A stretch of 64,000 nucleotides of DNA, from the NCBI GenBank assembly GCA_050084985.1, contig JBITNC010000001.1, positions 43,152,001 through 43,216,000 of the forward strand, in the 5' to 3' direction. Below the pieces are notes generated by a model. That model saw nothing but the letters and a program-made list of their open reading frames with translations. It made no database searches and was not told the DNA's origin. Of the stretch, positions 15,062 through 27,995 are shown one piece after another; position 1 is the stretch's first letter, and each line of letters starts with the position of its first letter. Made by a program: the position numbers and the translations under genes. This DNA is from Nageia nagi. Lineage: Eukaryota; Plantae; Pinophyta.

Positions 15062-15564
15062 TGAAAGGATTGAACCTTAAAGAACTCAATCCTAGACTAC
15101 CAATATCTCTTAAAATCTCACTCAAACATCAATTTAATCAAAACATATCAATCTCAAAAATTGACACAAGATATAAAGTGGTTCCTCCAACTAGGAGTAC
15201 ATCCACTATCTAAAATATTTCTTACTTCATAAAGATAACTCTCTTACAATACTTCTATATTCATCTCCTAATCACTATCCTATAGCATAACTTTGCTTCA
15301 CAAATTGGTGAGTGATCTCAAAGAGGGGGCCTTCTATTTATAGGCCAAAATCCCCCTTTGGATCACCCTTTTAACCATTATATAAAGGTATGACATGCTT
15401 CACCCTTTTACCTAAGGGGCATGCTCATGAGATGGAGTGTAAGACAAGTTACATTATCATATTCACTTAAATACTTAAGGTATCTAAGGATACCATTAAG
15501 TATTAGTTAATTTACAAAGAGAAACATTACAAAACCTTATGATAATGCATTATACATTCTAATA
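15062..15564 (-). repeat. 5' LTR of Copia B
   Basis: Direct repeat of 7097-7600; adjacent to PBS; followed by the TSD. Confidence 0.92.
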
Positions 15565-18445
15565 GGATAAAGGTAAGGCTTGTTTTCTTATCTAAAATTA
15601 GGATGCCCATAAGGTCAAGACCAGGTCTTATCAATCCTCAACTAGTTCACCTTAGTTAGTAATATAATATCACAAGGAGGAGTACTAACTATTTTTCAAG
15701 GTTATGACATATGTTGGATTGATCAAATTATTATCTTGATTAGGTTTCAAGTTATCCTCCTAGGTTATCAAGATATTCTTTAAATGGACATGTAGACATG
15801 TGATATCACTACACATATGACTATCCACCTATATGGAGTTATGTCCAAACCAATAGAGGACTTAAGGGAAATTAAGAAGTGTAAACTTTTTACCATTAAT
15901 CATCAAAATGAAGGTTGTATTCTACCTTTTCCTCACCTCATGGATCTCCAAATAAGTCATGTTACGGAACATATGTGCAAATGTGTTCATTTTAAGGGAT
16001 GCACCTTCAATATTTACAATTTACAAATATAAAGTAAATGTGCATAAATAAATTAAAGTGAATAAAAATGATACATCATCCAATAATACTTGAAACATAA
16101 GAGTCGAATGGGTTTTGTTACCAACCCTAAAAGGACCTCTTTACATAAGTTCTATAATTTTGCACAAGTTCACCTAAAATTTTGCATAAGTTCACTTTTT
16201 TTAAAGTAAAAAATATAAAGCCCCTCCCTTTTTCTTAAAAAATGAACTTTAGCACAAATTTCTCCACAGCATTGCAAATTAACCTTAGGAAAATTAACTA
16301 AGGAAATTAATGAGATATTTGCACTATAAAAAGATTAATAATCTTAATTACAATTTGACCAAAGCATTAAAGCTTTTACTTCAAGGCATTTATAAAAATA
16401 TCCCTCCCTTTTAATACTTAAAAACATTCATCCTCTTTCAATTTTAGCCTTAGAGGAAAAAATATTTACCAAGCAAAAAATTTACTCCTTATTTAAAAAA
16501 GTGCCATAAAAACAAATTATTCATTATCCTCTTTGCAATTTAAAAAAAATACCTCTCAAAAAATTTCTTTTACACTTTCATAAGTGTAAAAAAAAACACG
16601 CATTCCCCTTTTTAACTTCAAAAAATAATGCCATTTAAATTAATCTAACTCCAAAAAAAATGCAAGCACACCAAACCTCATAAAACTTTTGTCTTTCTAT
16701 GCTCAATAAAATTTATGAGCCTATAGGTCATTTAAGTTTCCTTATTGAATAAGAGGAAATGATTAAAAAGAGTAATTAAATTGATAAAAAAGAAATCATA
16801 CTACCAACATTTATGAGGAGGTTATGAATACCTACCAAACTTGATTTGTAAGAAAAGGTGTGCAATAAATTTTTGAGTGGCTTAAATGATTAAAAAAAAG
16901 AATTTACTTTAAAAAAGAGAGGTTTATTATATGAGGGATGGATCTAAGAAAAGGACATGGAAAGTTACCTAGATCTTTGTTTTGTTTGAAATCAAAAGGA
17001 GTTGGGGGTTGCGAGTCACCCGCTTGGTGGGGGCCATTAAAGGAAAATGTTGTGTCATGGGTTTTTTGGTGGCTATTGAACAGAGAGGAGGGGAAACTAT
17101 AGATGCAACCATTAGAGGGGTGGATGTAAGGATGGACTAAGCTAGGGATTTTGGCCCATGTTAGGCATAGGAGAGCTTAAGCCAGTCATGAGTGGAACCT
17201 ATTCATGTAGTTGAACCCATTGATTTATAATCAACATAACCCCTTATTCATTTATCCATACTAGATATTTTGAATAATTTCTATTTAATCATACAAATAA
17301 TAATTTACCTACCCTATGATCCTTATGACCCAAAACCTTACGTACTCTAAGCCCAACCCAATCATGTAGCATTGCCTATAGCTATAGCCCTATTGCTTTC
17401 TAGTTTACCATCTACCATGTCAAACTTGTAATCATAGCTTTATCGAGAGGGGAATTTCAACATGATGGATGGTAAGTGTTCATTATATTGGGTGAACTAA
17501 CACACTAGGTTACAAGATGGGATAATAATATGCTACCACTTCCTACAACACTGCTAGAGGAGTAGAGTGGTTGCATCGATGGAGGTAAGGGATTAGTGAT
17601 GAGGTAGCAGAGGTAATTGGATCACACCACCACCATGGAGGAGAGGGGTTTAGTGACATTAGCTAAGTCACATCTTTGCAACTTGATTCCAACTTCATTG
17701 AGGGGAGGAAGATGTGCAGTAGGGAGGCACTACCGCTGTAGGGGTGAGACCACCATGGTTAGGCCAAAAGATGGCTATCATAGCTGACCAAGGGTTGTTC
17801 ACTACGTAGCAGTGGTTGACCACCCTCTCCCCCTCACTTCTAATTATTTTATCTTAAAATTAAATAAAAACTTTCAAAAAAATATTATTTTTTAACCAAT
17901 ATTTTTAATTTATTTATTCAAAGGAATTAAAAAAAAAATCTTTTATTTTCCAACAACATATTGAAAAAAATAATGTGTATACTAACTCCCCTCATATAAT
18001 TTATTGCAAATATTTTATAAAAAAAAATAAATGCAAATACCCTCTATATTATTTTACATAAATTTTAGAGTAAAAAAAATTACAAATTTCAATATTTCTA
18101 CACAAAAGACAAGTGTAAAAAATTGTAATTTTATACTACCACAAACTTTAGTACATGCTCATAACAATATATTATTGTTACAATATAAGCAAATTTAAAA
18201 ATAAAAAAAAATTGCAACTAACATAAGGTTTAGTATGTAATAAATTATAACAACAATATATTGTTATATTAAGCAAATTGCTTAAAAGTTAACTAACAAA
18301 AAAATGTTAATATCAGAATAAAATAATCCAAAACCAAAAAATAAGAAGGAAGGAGGTTATACCTTCTTTTGAGTTTAACTCAATAGAATGAAAATGAACC
18401 TCCAATATATTGAAGAGAAACCTCCAAGATAGTTCTAATACCAAA

Positions 18446-18934
18446 TGAAGGATTTAATCTTAAATGACTAAAATCCTAATCTACCTAGATCACTTGAAAC
18501 CTCTCTTAAACATCAATACTCAAAGCAAAGACATAATAGCTAATCTCAAAAATTTAAAAAACATATAAAGTGGTTATTCTCATACAAGAGAGTACATCCA
18601 CTAACTAATATATTTCTCATTCATAAAGATAACTCTCTTACAAGACCTCTTTCTCCCTTGCCTAACACTAATCCTAGAGCATAACTTTGCTTCAAGTTTT
18701 GGTGAGTGATGACAATGAGAGGGTCATCTATTTATAGGTCAAAATCCTCCTTTAGATCATATGACATACTTCACCCTTTTACCCAAGGGCATGCTCATGA
18801 GAAGGAGTGTAGGAAAAATTACATTATCATATTCACTTAAATACTTAAGGTATCTAGGGATACCTTTAAGTATTGGTGAAATTACAAAGAAAAACATTAC
18901 AAAACCCTACAATCATGCATTATACATTCCAACA
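18446..18934 (-). repeat. 5' LTR of Copia A
   Basis: More diverged homolog of the B LTRs; TG...CA ends; adjacent PBS-like motif. Confidence 0.88.
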
Positions 18935-20000
18935 TGATTGTGCAAAAATAATTTCATAGAATAAAATGATTAGAATATATGCACATGAACTATTTTATCT
19001 AATGAAGTACTTGGGACCTAACTTTAGTAGCATAACCTTTGTATGTGTTCTACTTGTATGCAAAAAATAAGTATGCAAAATGTGAAAGAAAACATAAGCA
19101 CAAGAATTGTTTAACAAGATGCATGATGAAAATACAATTTTATGAACTAAAATGATTAGAAGATATGCATTTAAAATATTTTATCTAATGAAGCACTTGG
19201 GATCCAACTATAACAAAATAACCTTTGTATGTGTTCTAAATGCATGCATAATACATGTATGCAAAATGTGGAAGAAAACAAGAGGCCCAATAATTGTTTG
19301 ACAAGATGCATGATGTGAAAATAATTTCATAGATTAAACTGATTAGGATATGTACACTTAGAATATTTTATCTAATGAAGCACTTAGGACCCAATTATAA
19401 TAGCATAACCTTTGTATGTGTTATTGCATGTAGAATACTAGTATGCAAAATGTGGAAGAACACATGAGGCCAAATAATTATTTAAAAAGATGCATGATGC
19501 ACATATAATATCATGGAATAAAATCATTAGAAGGGTGCCCTTAAACTCTTTGATATAATGAAGCACTTGGGACCCTACTATAACAACATAACCTTTGTAT
19601 ATATTCTACTTGAATGCACAAAATAAGTATGCAAAATATGTAAGAAGATATGAGGAATAAGAATTATTTTACAAAATGCATGATGCAATAAGGAGAAATT
19701 TATGGATTTATCCAAGGCAATGAAGGAAAATATTTTTTTACATCCATCATGACTTGCCTATGAATCATATATTTCCTATTCACCTCTTTATAGTTTTGCA
19801 TTTGTTACTTGATGTGTTCCTTTCCATGGATTAGGAAAATTTAGAAATTTTATGGACTAAAATGTTATCAAATAATGCGCTTAAACTCTTCTATCCAATT
19901 AAGAAATTGGGACCCAATTTTAATAGCATAACCTTTGCATGTTATCTATTTGTAACCAAAAATAAGTATGTAAGATGTGGAAGAACACATGAGGCCCTTA
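18935..20000. repeat. Degenerate ~185-bp tandem repeat, 4 contiguous copies plus 1 after an interruption
   Basis: Motif ATAACCTTTG at ~19032, 19219, 19405, 19588 and 19928; shared AAGCACTTGGGACC and GTATGCAAAATGTG blocks. Confidence 0.85.
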
Positions 20001-20821
20001 AACAAATAGAAAGAGTTGTTGATTATTGACAACATATTATCAAGTGAATTTATGTGCCTCCATAAATTGCTATGGTATTTGTGTAAGCCTTATTTGTAAT
20101 ATTATAGAGTTATGGTATTGAACTATTTTTTAAGAAACTTGTATAATAGTAGAGTGAAGAGTTGGATAAGGAGGTGCAATAACTGCAAAGATGAAAGGAG
20201 AAATACTTAAAGATAATAGAACACACTTGAATAGTAAATGTTAGAGAAGGGATTACAAGTAAATTGGTACTTTGGTATGAAGAGAGTAGAGAAACTCTTA
20301 ATTATACTTGTATCTAACCTTTATCATTTTATGAATTTTTTTTATTTAGAATCATTATATCACCTTATGCCAATATTTACATCAACCATCTGGCTCCAAA
20401 TTGCAATAATTTCATGAAATACATTGATGTAGATTTTGCATTGCCCATAGATAAAAATACCAATTTTTTTTGGGTGGAGTTAGACCATGTTTTGTATATT
20501 TGACTATTAAAAATTATTGTCCATAATCCATATTTGATTATTAGAATTCTTTAGTGATAGAAATGAAAAGTATGGTCTATAAGGCTTTCAAAGATCATTT
20601 TTTTATATAATTCAACTAAATTTATTTTTCCTGCTAGGCACATAGTTGAAATGGGTTTCTTATAAAAAAATTCAAGATATTTATAAATAAAAAATATTAG
20701 AATATTTTAAGTAATGATTATATGTTTGTAATAATGTTTTAACATGAACTTTTATTTATTAAAGGACTAACATATTTTTCATGAAACATAACATAAATGA
20801 GTTTCTTATTAAAAAAATAGT

Positions 20822-21265
20822 CCTCAACAAAATGTAGTTGCATAGATTGCAATGATCACAAGATATGCACAAAATGATTTATCTAATAATTATCTAGAGA
20901 CCTTTAAGCAAATACAAATGTTTGAAGTAAATAAAACTTTTTTCTAGTATATACCACCATTGGAGCTCTAGAAGAAGATATGGATATATCTAAAAGAGTA
21001 GTTGAAGATGGATTTTCATTTGATGTTGTTGTTGTGAGTGTACTAGTAGAGATGCATGTAAAATGTCGAAGAATACAAAAGACCCTAAATGGATTTTCAT
21101 CAAATGTAATAAACATAAATGATATGTATAAAATAGGTTTTCTATTAATTCCCTAGATACCTTTAAGAAAATACAAATTTCTAGAGTAAATTTGAACTCT
21201 ACAATATTTTCCAATATTTTTGCATTATATTCCACCATAGAAGATGTATAAGAAGGTATGGGAAT
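20822..21265 (+). pseudogene. PLS-class PPR gene relic
   Basis: Reads PQQNVVA*IAMITRYAQN..LETFKQIQ..IGALEEDMDI..VEDGFSFDVVVVSVLVEMHVKCRRIQK, matching the PLS motifs (NVVSWNAMI..YAQNG; GALEQG; DVVV.SALVDMYAKCG). A second P/L motif follows at ~21130-21265. Confidence 0.85.
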
Positions 21266-22409
21266 TTTTATGATTGAAATAATAATTATTATAGTTATTT
21301 ATAGCATTCAATTGAATAAATTTATCATGAAAAATCAAAGTGATGAATATGATGACAATGAACTAATTGACCTTGACCTATCAAACTAGATTTACAAAAG
21401 ATACAAACCTGTACTTTACCTATCGTGATGAATGAAGGTGATATTCACCTAAAAGAAAATAAATGATAAGCATACCTAAATAATGGAGCTACCAATCCAA
21501 CCTCAACCCAACAATGACATTAGGATCCTAGTGATATCGCCTGACTACCTTTTTAGAATGTCTCACCCTTTTGATCGATGTTCTCATCACACCTTTAATG
21601 TTAAGAATATCATACATAAATGGATTGAAAAGATCATAAGCATGCAGAGCTCAATGTATAACAAAATTCAACTATGATAGGTGACATTGAGAAACACCGA
21701 TCAAGAATGACATAAGTATATTACCATCTATCAAGAATTTAGGATCATATTATAATTTCTTATGTATAACCCTTTCAACTTTATAGATGTAGGTCTAGTG
21801 CCAAGGCTTCCCCTTGGGCTTATGGTGATGTCGAGATGACCTATTATCATAAAATATAAAGGTATATGAGATTCCATAGTGATAAGAATACTTATTTAAT
21901 TAAATAAAAAAATTATTTTAAATACACAAAAGGATATTTTAATTAAATTAAAATTCCTTTTCAAGTGTTAAGAGATACCCCACTTTGAATATGATTTAAT
22001 TCTTTTAGGAAAGAAGATAATTAAAACATAAATTCAAAGTATAACAAGATAAGTAAGAAAATACTCATTGAAAAAAATTATTCATGGTGAAAGCTTTACA
22101 TGCCCCATATTTTCATCACTATTATGCCCTCTATTTGGCTTAATTGGAAAATGATGGACCTCATCATGGGAGCAATCCAAGGCAATGATAAAGGAACCTA
22201 AAAAGAAATTAGACAAGAAATATTTCATGCAAGATATCTCAAATATAGATATTAAATATTATAATATGTAAAGTATGTAAAGAAGAAGATATCAAACTTG
22301 TCCTTGATGACTCACCCAATAAGAGTATGAAGATAGATTGCTAATTTATATTGATTAGCTTAGATTCCCAATGCACCATGTTGCCATGGATTTTGATAAG
22401 ATTATTTCC

Positions 22410-22540
22410 ACCTTACAAGGAAACAAATGATAAGAATGCCCGTCCCTTATAGAGGAAGCAAATGATAAGAGTGCCCCTCCCTTACAAAGGAAGAAAATGA
22501 TAAGAATGTCCTTCCCTTACAGAGGAAGTTGATGATAAAA
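22410..22540. repeat. ~38-bp minisatellite, 3-4 copies
   Basis: CCTTACAAAGGAAG..AAATGATAAGAATGCCC recurring. Confidence 0.75.
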
Positions 22541-23088
22541 GCAATAATATGATATTAAATGTATTTTTAACATATGATAAGATATTGTAAATATCATTTA
22601 TGATAAACATAAAATAAAAATACTTTTGATATGATAAATGATGACATTTGATAAGAGATGACATGAAATATTATGAAAAGGGAAGGAAAAATAACAAAAT
22701 AGATTACCTTTTTTGTATACATACTATTGCTAAGAAGAAAATATTTCAAAAATTCAAGTTTTGGGTCTTTGTAATGCAGTGGCATCACTGGGTTCGTGTC
22801 TTATTTTCATAAAAAATTAGTAACCAAAAAATGAGAAAATATGTATATTTACAAAAATGATTATACATAAGACCTTTTCGGATGCATAACATTGATTAGA
22901 TTCCTTTATTCTTTACCTTCAATTATGGATAATTTATATGTACCTTTTTCATACTTTGTAATGACAATGTAAGGACCTATCTAGTTAGGTTCAAACTTAC
23001 ATTTATTTTCATTTTCTAAGGCTTTTGTATCAATAAGATTTTCTTTTAGGATTAGGTCACCTATATCGAACTCTTTAAGCTTGATCTT

Positions 23089-24400
23089 TGTTGGAATGTA
23101 TAATGCAATACTGTAAGGTTTCTTAATGTAATTCACTTAATACTTAAGGGTATCCCTAGATACCTTAAGTATTTATTGAATATGATAATACAATTTCATT
23201 AATACTTAAAAGGTAAGTATTCATAGATACCTTTCAGATATTTGTGAATATGATAATGTAACTTATCCTACACTCCATATCATGAGCATACCCCTTGGGT
23301 AAAAGGGTGATGCATGTCATAACATTGTACAATGATTAAAAAGGTGATACAAGGGAGGATTTTGGATTATAAATAGAGGGTTCTCTCATTGAGATCACTT
23401 ATTCAAATTTATAGCAAAGTTATGCTCTTATATAGGTTGTAGGAGAAGTGAGAAAGAGTTTTTATAAGAGAGTGCTCTTTGAGAATAAGATCTTAAATTA
23501 GTAGATGTACTCCCATGGTTGGAGGAACCACTTTTAGTGTCAACTTTGTGAGATTGGCTATTATATTTATACTATTGTGATGATGTTTTAGAGAGCTTTC
23601 ACGAGATATTGGTAGAATAGGGATTTAGTCTTGTAGGCTTTTATCCTTCAATTGGTATCAAAGCCATTCTTGGAGGCTTCTCTTCAACATATTGAAGATT
23701 CTTCATACTTCTTGGAGGTTCATTTGCATCCTTATTGAGTTAAAAGATTTGTGAATTTATAACATCCTTCCTTCTCTTCCTTTTATGTTGAATTTTGGAT
23801 TATTTCATTATGATACTAACATATTTTGTTATATGTTAGTTCTTTTTTTTTTGTTGCAAAATTTGCTTATAAGTAACAATATATTATTGTTATGCAATTA
23901 CATACACTAACATTCTTTTAGTAGTTAGAATTTATTTTGATAAAATTACCTAAAATGGAAATAATATATTGTTATGAAATTTATAAGAGTATAATTTTGT
24001 TGAAATATTTTTACCTTATAACCATTTTGGTATTTATCAAAAGAAGAAGATAAAACTTGCAAGTTTTTTTTCCTTTTTATACAATTTTCGTAAAATTGTT
24101 ATTTTTTTGTAAAAAAAAAATTAGATTGTATATAAGACAGGGGGACCTCTATAATTCTATTTTAACTAGTATACATCAATACAAAAATAATATATACATT
24201 AAAAAAACTATGGGGGCTTTATTTTTTAATTAAATATTTTTGAAATAAAAATAAAAAATCAAATATTGGGGGGCAATTTTGTTTGAAATTCATTTTTTAA
24301 ATTCAATTTTTTTTGGGCAACCTATGACTAACCAAACCCCCGCTTGTATCTCCCTCTTAGCCCCTTTAGATAATGGAATCGATTGCATCCCTTACAATAA
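23089..24400 (+). mobile_element. Truncated Copia of the same family: LTR 23089-23650, PBS, start of leader
   Basis: Reverse complement of the A/B LTR (TGTTGGAATG...CCTTCA); tRNA-Met PBS TGGTATCAAAGCC 23653-23665; following leader homologous to 18430-18150. Right boundary approximate. Confidence 0.85.
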
Positions 24401-24414
24401 TCTTGGAGGTAAAC

Positions 24415-24550
24415 TGAAGAAATTAACCCTTTTGAATTAACTTCTAATCTACCAATATCTCAAGAAGGCACTTTCAACATCAACACAATAGCATAATAAC
24501 TCAAGCCAATCTCATAAAAAACACAAGATATAAAGTGGTTCCTCCCTCCT
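24415..24550 (-). mobile_element. Fragment of a related LTR in opposite orientation
   Basis: TGAAG..CTACCAATATCTC..ACACAAGATATAAAGTGGTTCCTCC matches the start of 15062. Confidence 0.7.
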
Positions 24551-24589
24551 AGGTTTTTATTTTATGACATCATGACGCAAACTATTCTA

Positions 24590-24830
24590 AGAACCCCCTC
24601 ATGGCTGCTAGTAAGGTAAATATTTTAAAGTCTCCACTATCCACCTAACAACTTGTGGATAGTAGCATAACTCTAGCCAATTTGTAGCCTTGCTATGGTG
24701 TAATGGAATAACCAATGACATTCCAACCTAGGACCTCCAAGAGATCAATCAAAGCATTAATGAATGTGTTTTCCCCTTGGGGATTATAGTAAACATAGGT
24801 TAAGACACTAAAAAAATAATTCCAACAACT
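24590..24830 (-). mobile_element. Possible LINE endonuclease remnant
   Basis: LTYVYYNPQ and a frameshifted W..GDF motif resemble the APE motifs NVYAP and GGDFN. Weak. Confidence 0.25.
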
Positions 24831-27295
24831 ACTATAGATTCTTAATAATAAACCAACATTAAACCAATTATAGGAAAAAGATGTTAGAAAATTTATTGAG
24901 AAAAAAAAATAGAATAGATTCAGAAGAAGCTCACATAGTATAGAAACAAATATAATCTCCTCACGCCTTAATAAACATAATAAATCAAATAAATAAATAA
25001 TATTGAAATAATATTTTTCAAGCAACAAAGACTTCAAATATAATATTTAATTTCATCTATTATTGCCAATAAATCATTAAAATAATGCAAGTTAATTTTG
25101 CAACAATGCAAAATATTATAGTTCATCAAGGCCAAGAACCTTAATATATCATAAATTATTTAAATAAAGCTTCAAATCAGTAGATCATTAGAAGTTGGAG
25201 ATAGAGCCAAAATGTACAACTTGATGTTAATTATTGAATGGGAGCAAGAAATTCAACAAGGACTAGCTCATAGAGCTCTATTAATATAATAATTAACAAA
25301 ATCCAAAGAATAACAATCAAGGTCTTCTAGATCTTTGAAAGTTGAAATGATGACCTTAATCAATGGATGAATTACATACCATTTTTTATAAAGTAGCTAA
25401 TAACAAGGACGAATTTTCATATTGGTCATCTACTTTGGATGAAGATATATTCCCTAATTTTATGAATATATTAGTCTCCTTACATCTTTAAGTGAAGAAA
25501 TAGATTCTAACCCTGTATGTTAGTGATCTAGTATCAATATTAAGTGATATGGCTTTATAGCTCAAGAATAAGGTTATATAATTCTAGATTCTATGTTTTG
25601 TTCACAAAACTCCCCCAAAATGCTACAAAGTATACTTTTAATTTTTTTATTATTTATTAATAATCCTACAAAAGTAATTTTGAGCTTATATACTTTATTT
25701 CAAAGAATATTTTGAGGATGACATTAGCCAACCATCCCAAAAGCTTTGGTATTGTAATAAGGTCTCATTTATATAAAGTTAGAACTTAGTTATGTTGATA
25801 TCAACAAAAAACAATAAAAGTATGGGTATATCTAAGATTGAAAATATCATGAGTTGATATCATCCTTTCTTAAAGTTCAAATCCTTTAAAAAGGATAACA
25901 AAAAATGAAAAAATATAAGGTTAGAATTTGTAATAGTCCACATAATCATTCATTTCTTAATATTTTAACCGTCAAGAGAATAACATTATAATATTGAAGG
26001 TTTAAAACTCAATTTATCTTTGAAGAAAATGATGTTAGCCACATAAAATAATTAGGAACATTAATGATCCGTTTAGGATAAGTAGAGTAATTAGCAATGG
26101 AACTTCAACATAATTTTCAATCTCTTTCTTGATAAATATCTTTCATTAAAAATATAAACATAATAAATAAAAAACTTTAACATTAGATAACTCTTTTTAT
26201 GTGAAGCATATACAACCTTAACATCACCCCCTCGCACGGTTGGTTTTTTTTGACAGTGTCATATGTTAGCGCAAAATCGTCTTGAGATTATTTTTCTTTA
26301 AAAAAAATTAAGGATAAAAGCATTCAAATTTCACCTTACGATTCAAGTTCAAAACCCATCAAGATATTTTACTTGTTGCAAATCCAACACTTAACTATTT
26401 TTAACCATTTTTTTCTTATTTTTTTACATAGAAATATAATCATCAAGTAATTAACTTGATAAAATCGCCAAACAATTAAACCGTTGAATTTTTTTTTTTG
26501 TAGAAATATACATCATACATCCAAGATATGTGTTAAAGGAGCGATACAAAATCAGAATAATGTTAAACTCTTTTTATAATGAAACATATTTAAAATGATT
26601 ATAATACAAAATGTTGATGATGATATACATCACACCAATCATTCCTTAGTAAACATATATCCAACACCAAAATCACATTCATAATAATGAGCAATTAAAA
26701 TTTTAATTGAATTTTTTTTTTGTACCGTTGACTATTGATAAGAAAATATTTCTTTACAAGCAAAGGACATGTAACTAGTCGTAATATACATGGAGATAAG
26801 AAGTGGAATGGAGGAGGTGAAAGATCACACCCAAAATCGAATATTACGAATGAGTGGAAATGTATCACAAAATCTTAGTTGTAATAACCGTTTGAGTATC
26901 CGTTGGAGCCGAGCCTTACATCAAATGATCAGACACGTGTCACAAAAGCCTTATAGCTGTAATAGCGTGAGAGTATCCAAAGAAGAGTGCATTGGAGCTT
27001 GAGCCATAAGACGGTGAAGCTTCGAGATTAGAGGCTGTTTTGTTTTTTGGGCTAATGGATTCAAGTTTTGAGTAGCGTGGGTGAGAGAAATAGAGTTAAA
27101 TCATAGTAATGGGGTTCACATCTGAAATGTAGATGTAGACGAAGAGAAGGAAAAGGGAGGTAGTATAATGGGGGAGAAGAGGAAGAGCTTATGTTGGAGT
27201 TCACTTCATGTTAGCAGACTCTCATTTGAATGGCCAACGGACACAATCCTATTGATTATGGCTTTACCTCTTTGATAGAAGAGGAAGAGGAAGAG

Positions 27296-27529
27296 GTCAA
27301 GATAGAAATTGTGAGTCAGATATGATTTGATTTGAGTTCTCTGTGGCCTGTTTATGTGTGGAGGGGCGCCTCTCAGCAAGAAGTCCATTGAAGAGTTTAT
27401 GTCTCTCTTCCCCAATGTCTCATTAATGTAGGTAATGTGGACTGCCATTTTTGGTAGGCTTGCTTTGTATACATGTGAGATGGTGTTTTGATTTCCTTCA
27501 GGTTTTTGCAGGGTTATGGGCTTACAGAT
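27296..27529 (+). pseudogene. 4-coumarate:CoA ligase-like (acyl-activating enzyme) gene fragment with its 80-nt intron; repeated in every unit (e.g. 33805-34037)
   Basis: VKIEIVS(R)YDL/SSL..MCGGAPLSKKSIEEFMSLFPNVSLM(Q) | GT 27432..AG 27511 | GYGLT. The YDLSSL, GGAPL and QGYGLTE motifs and the phase-0 intron between Q and G are typical of plant 4CL/4CL-like genes. Frameshifts are present. Confidence 0.9.
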
Positions 27530-27639
27530 GAATTGCTTGCACATGGTGATCAAGATGAATTATTTGTGCACTCCTTTTCCAATTTGAGGTGTTGGTGCTC
27601 ACCATTCTCCACCCATGGCCTAGCCACCATTGCTGCCAG
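27527..27639 (+). pseudogene. TIR1/AFB: TIR1/AFB auxin-receptor F-box gene fragment (end of exon 1 with donor site); 12 copies in the window
   Basis: Composite of copies: EL.L(K)RMVITDE---LLAHSFSNLKVLVLT----FSTHGLATIAA--R|GT, versus TIR1-type [49 protein letters not shown]|intron. Several small deletions. Confidence 0.88.
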
Positions 27640-27995
27640 GTATGCAATATCTTTCTCTTTTTGTTTATTTGTTTTGTCCTTGTTACTTGTCTCTGGCTTC
27701 TGTGTCACTTGTTTTTGCTTGGTTTTGAGAGTTTTATTGGTGTTGGTTTTAGCAGTTGGTTTTTCTTTTGTCCTTCCTTGTTCATTAGATGTGATAGGAG
27801 ACTTTACTTCACCATTGCAATATGCTCATAGCTGTATGCATAATCCCATCTTAACTCACAGTGATTTGAATATTTGTGTAATATTTTTCTGGTATGAGAA
27901 AAATACTTTTGATATGTTTAAAGAAATTATGAAACATATCAAATAATTAAGCAAAAAGAAGTATCATAGATTGCACAGAATTCATGCTTTAGCAG

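Larger units (their letters stand above)
7097..15564 (-). mobile_element. Full-length decayed Ty1/Copia element B with TSD GGATA
   Basis: LTR pair 7097-7600 and 15062-15564; GGATA at 7092-7096 and 15565-15569; PBS-like TGGTATTAGAG ~15049-15059; PPT TAAGAGGGAG 7601-7610; gag-PR-INT-RT-RH order. Confidence 0.93.
5905..18934 (-). mobile_element. Older Ty1/Copia element A (host of two nested insertions); own sequence 5905-7096 and 15565-18934
   Basis: gag/protease start 5905-6860 is paralogous to 11150-12150. Leader 15570-18440 is paralogous to 12400-15060. PBS-like TGGTATTAGAA at ~18433-18443; 5' LTR 18446-18934. Confidence 0.85.

Noticed and set aside
26765-26790. ACTAGT as a Helitron 3' end
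   Set aside because: No GC-rich subterminal hairpin on either strand.
26976-26995. TCCAAAGAAGAGTGCATTGG resembles miR393, which targets TIR1/AFB
   Set aside because: It needs a gap plus several mismatches, is worse in array copies, and no hairpin partner is evident.
26804-27186. GA-rich stretches resembling miR482/2118 target sites (26804-26823, 27166-27186)
   Set aside because: Each needs two gaps in low-complexity purine sequence.
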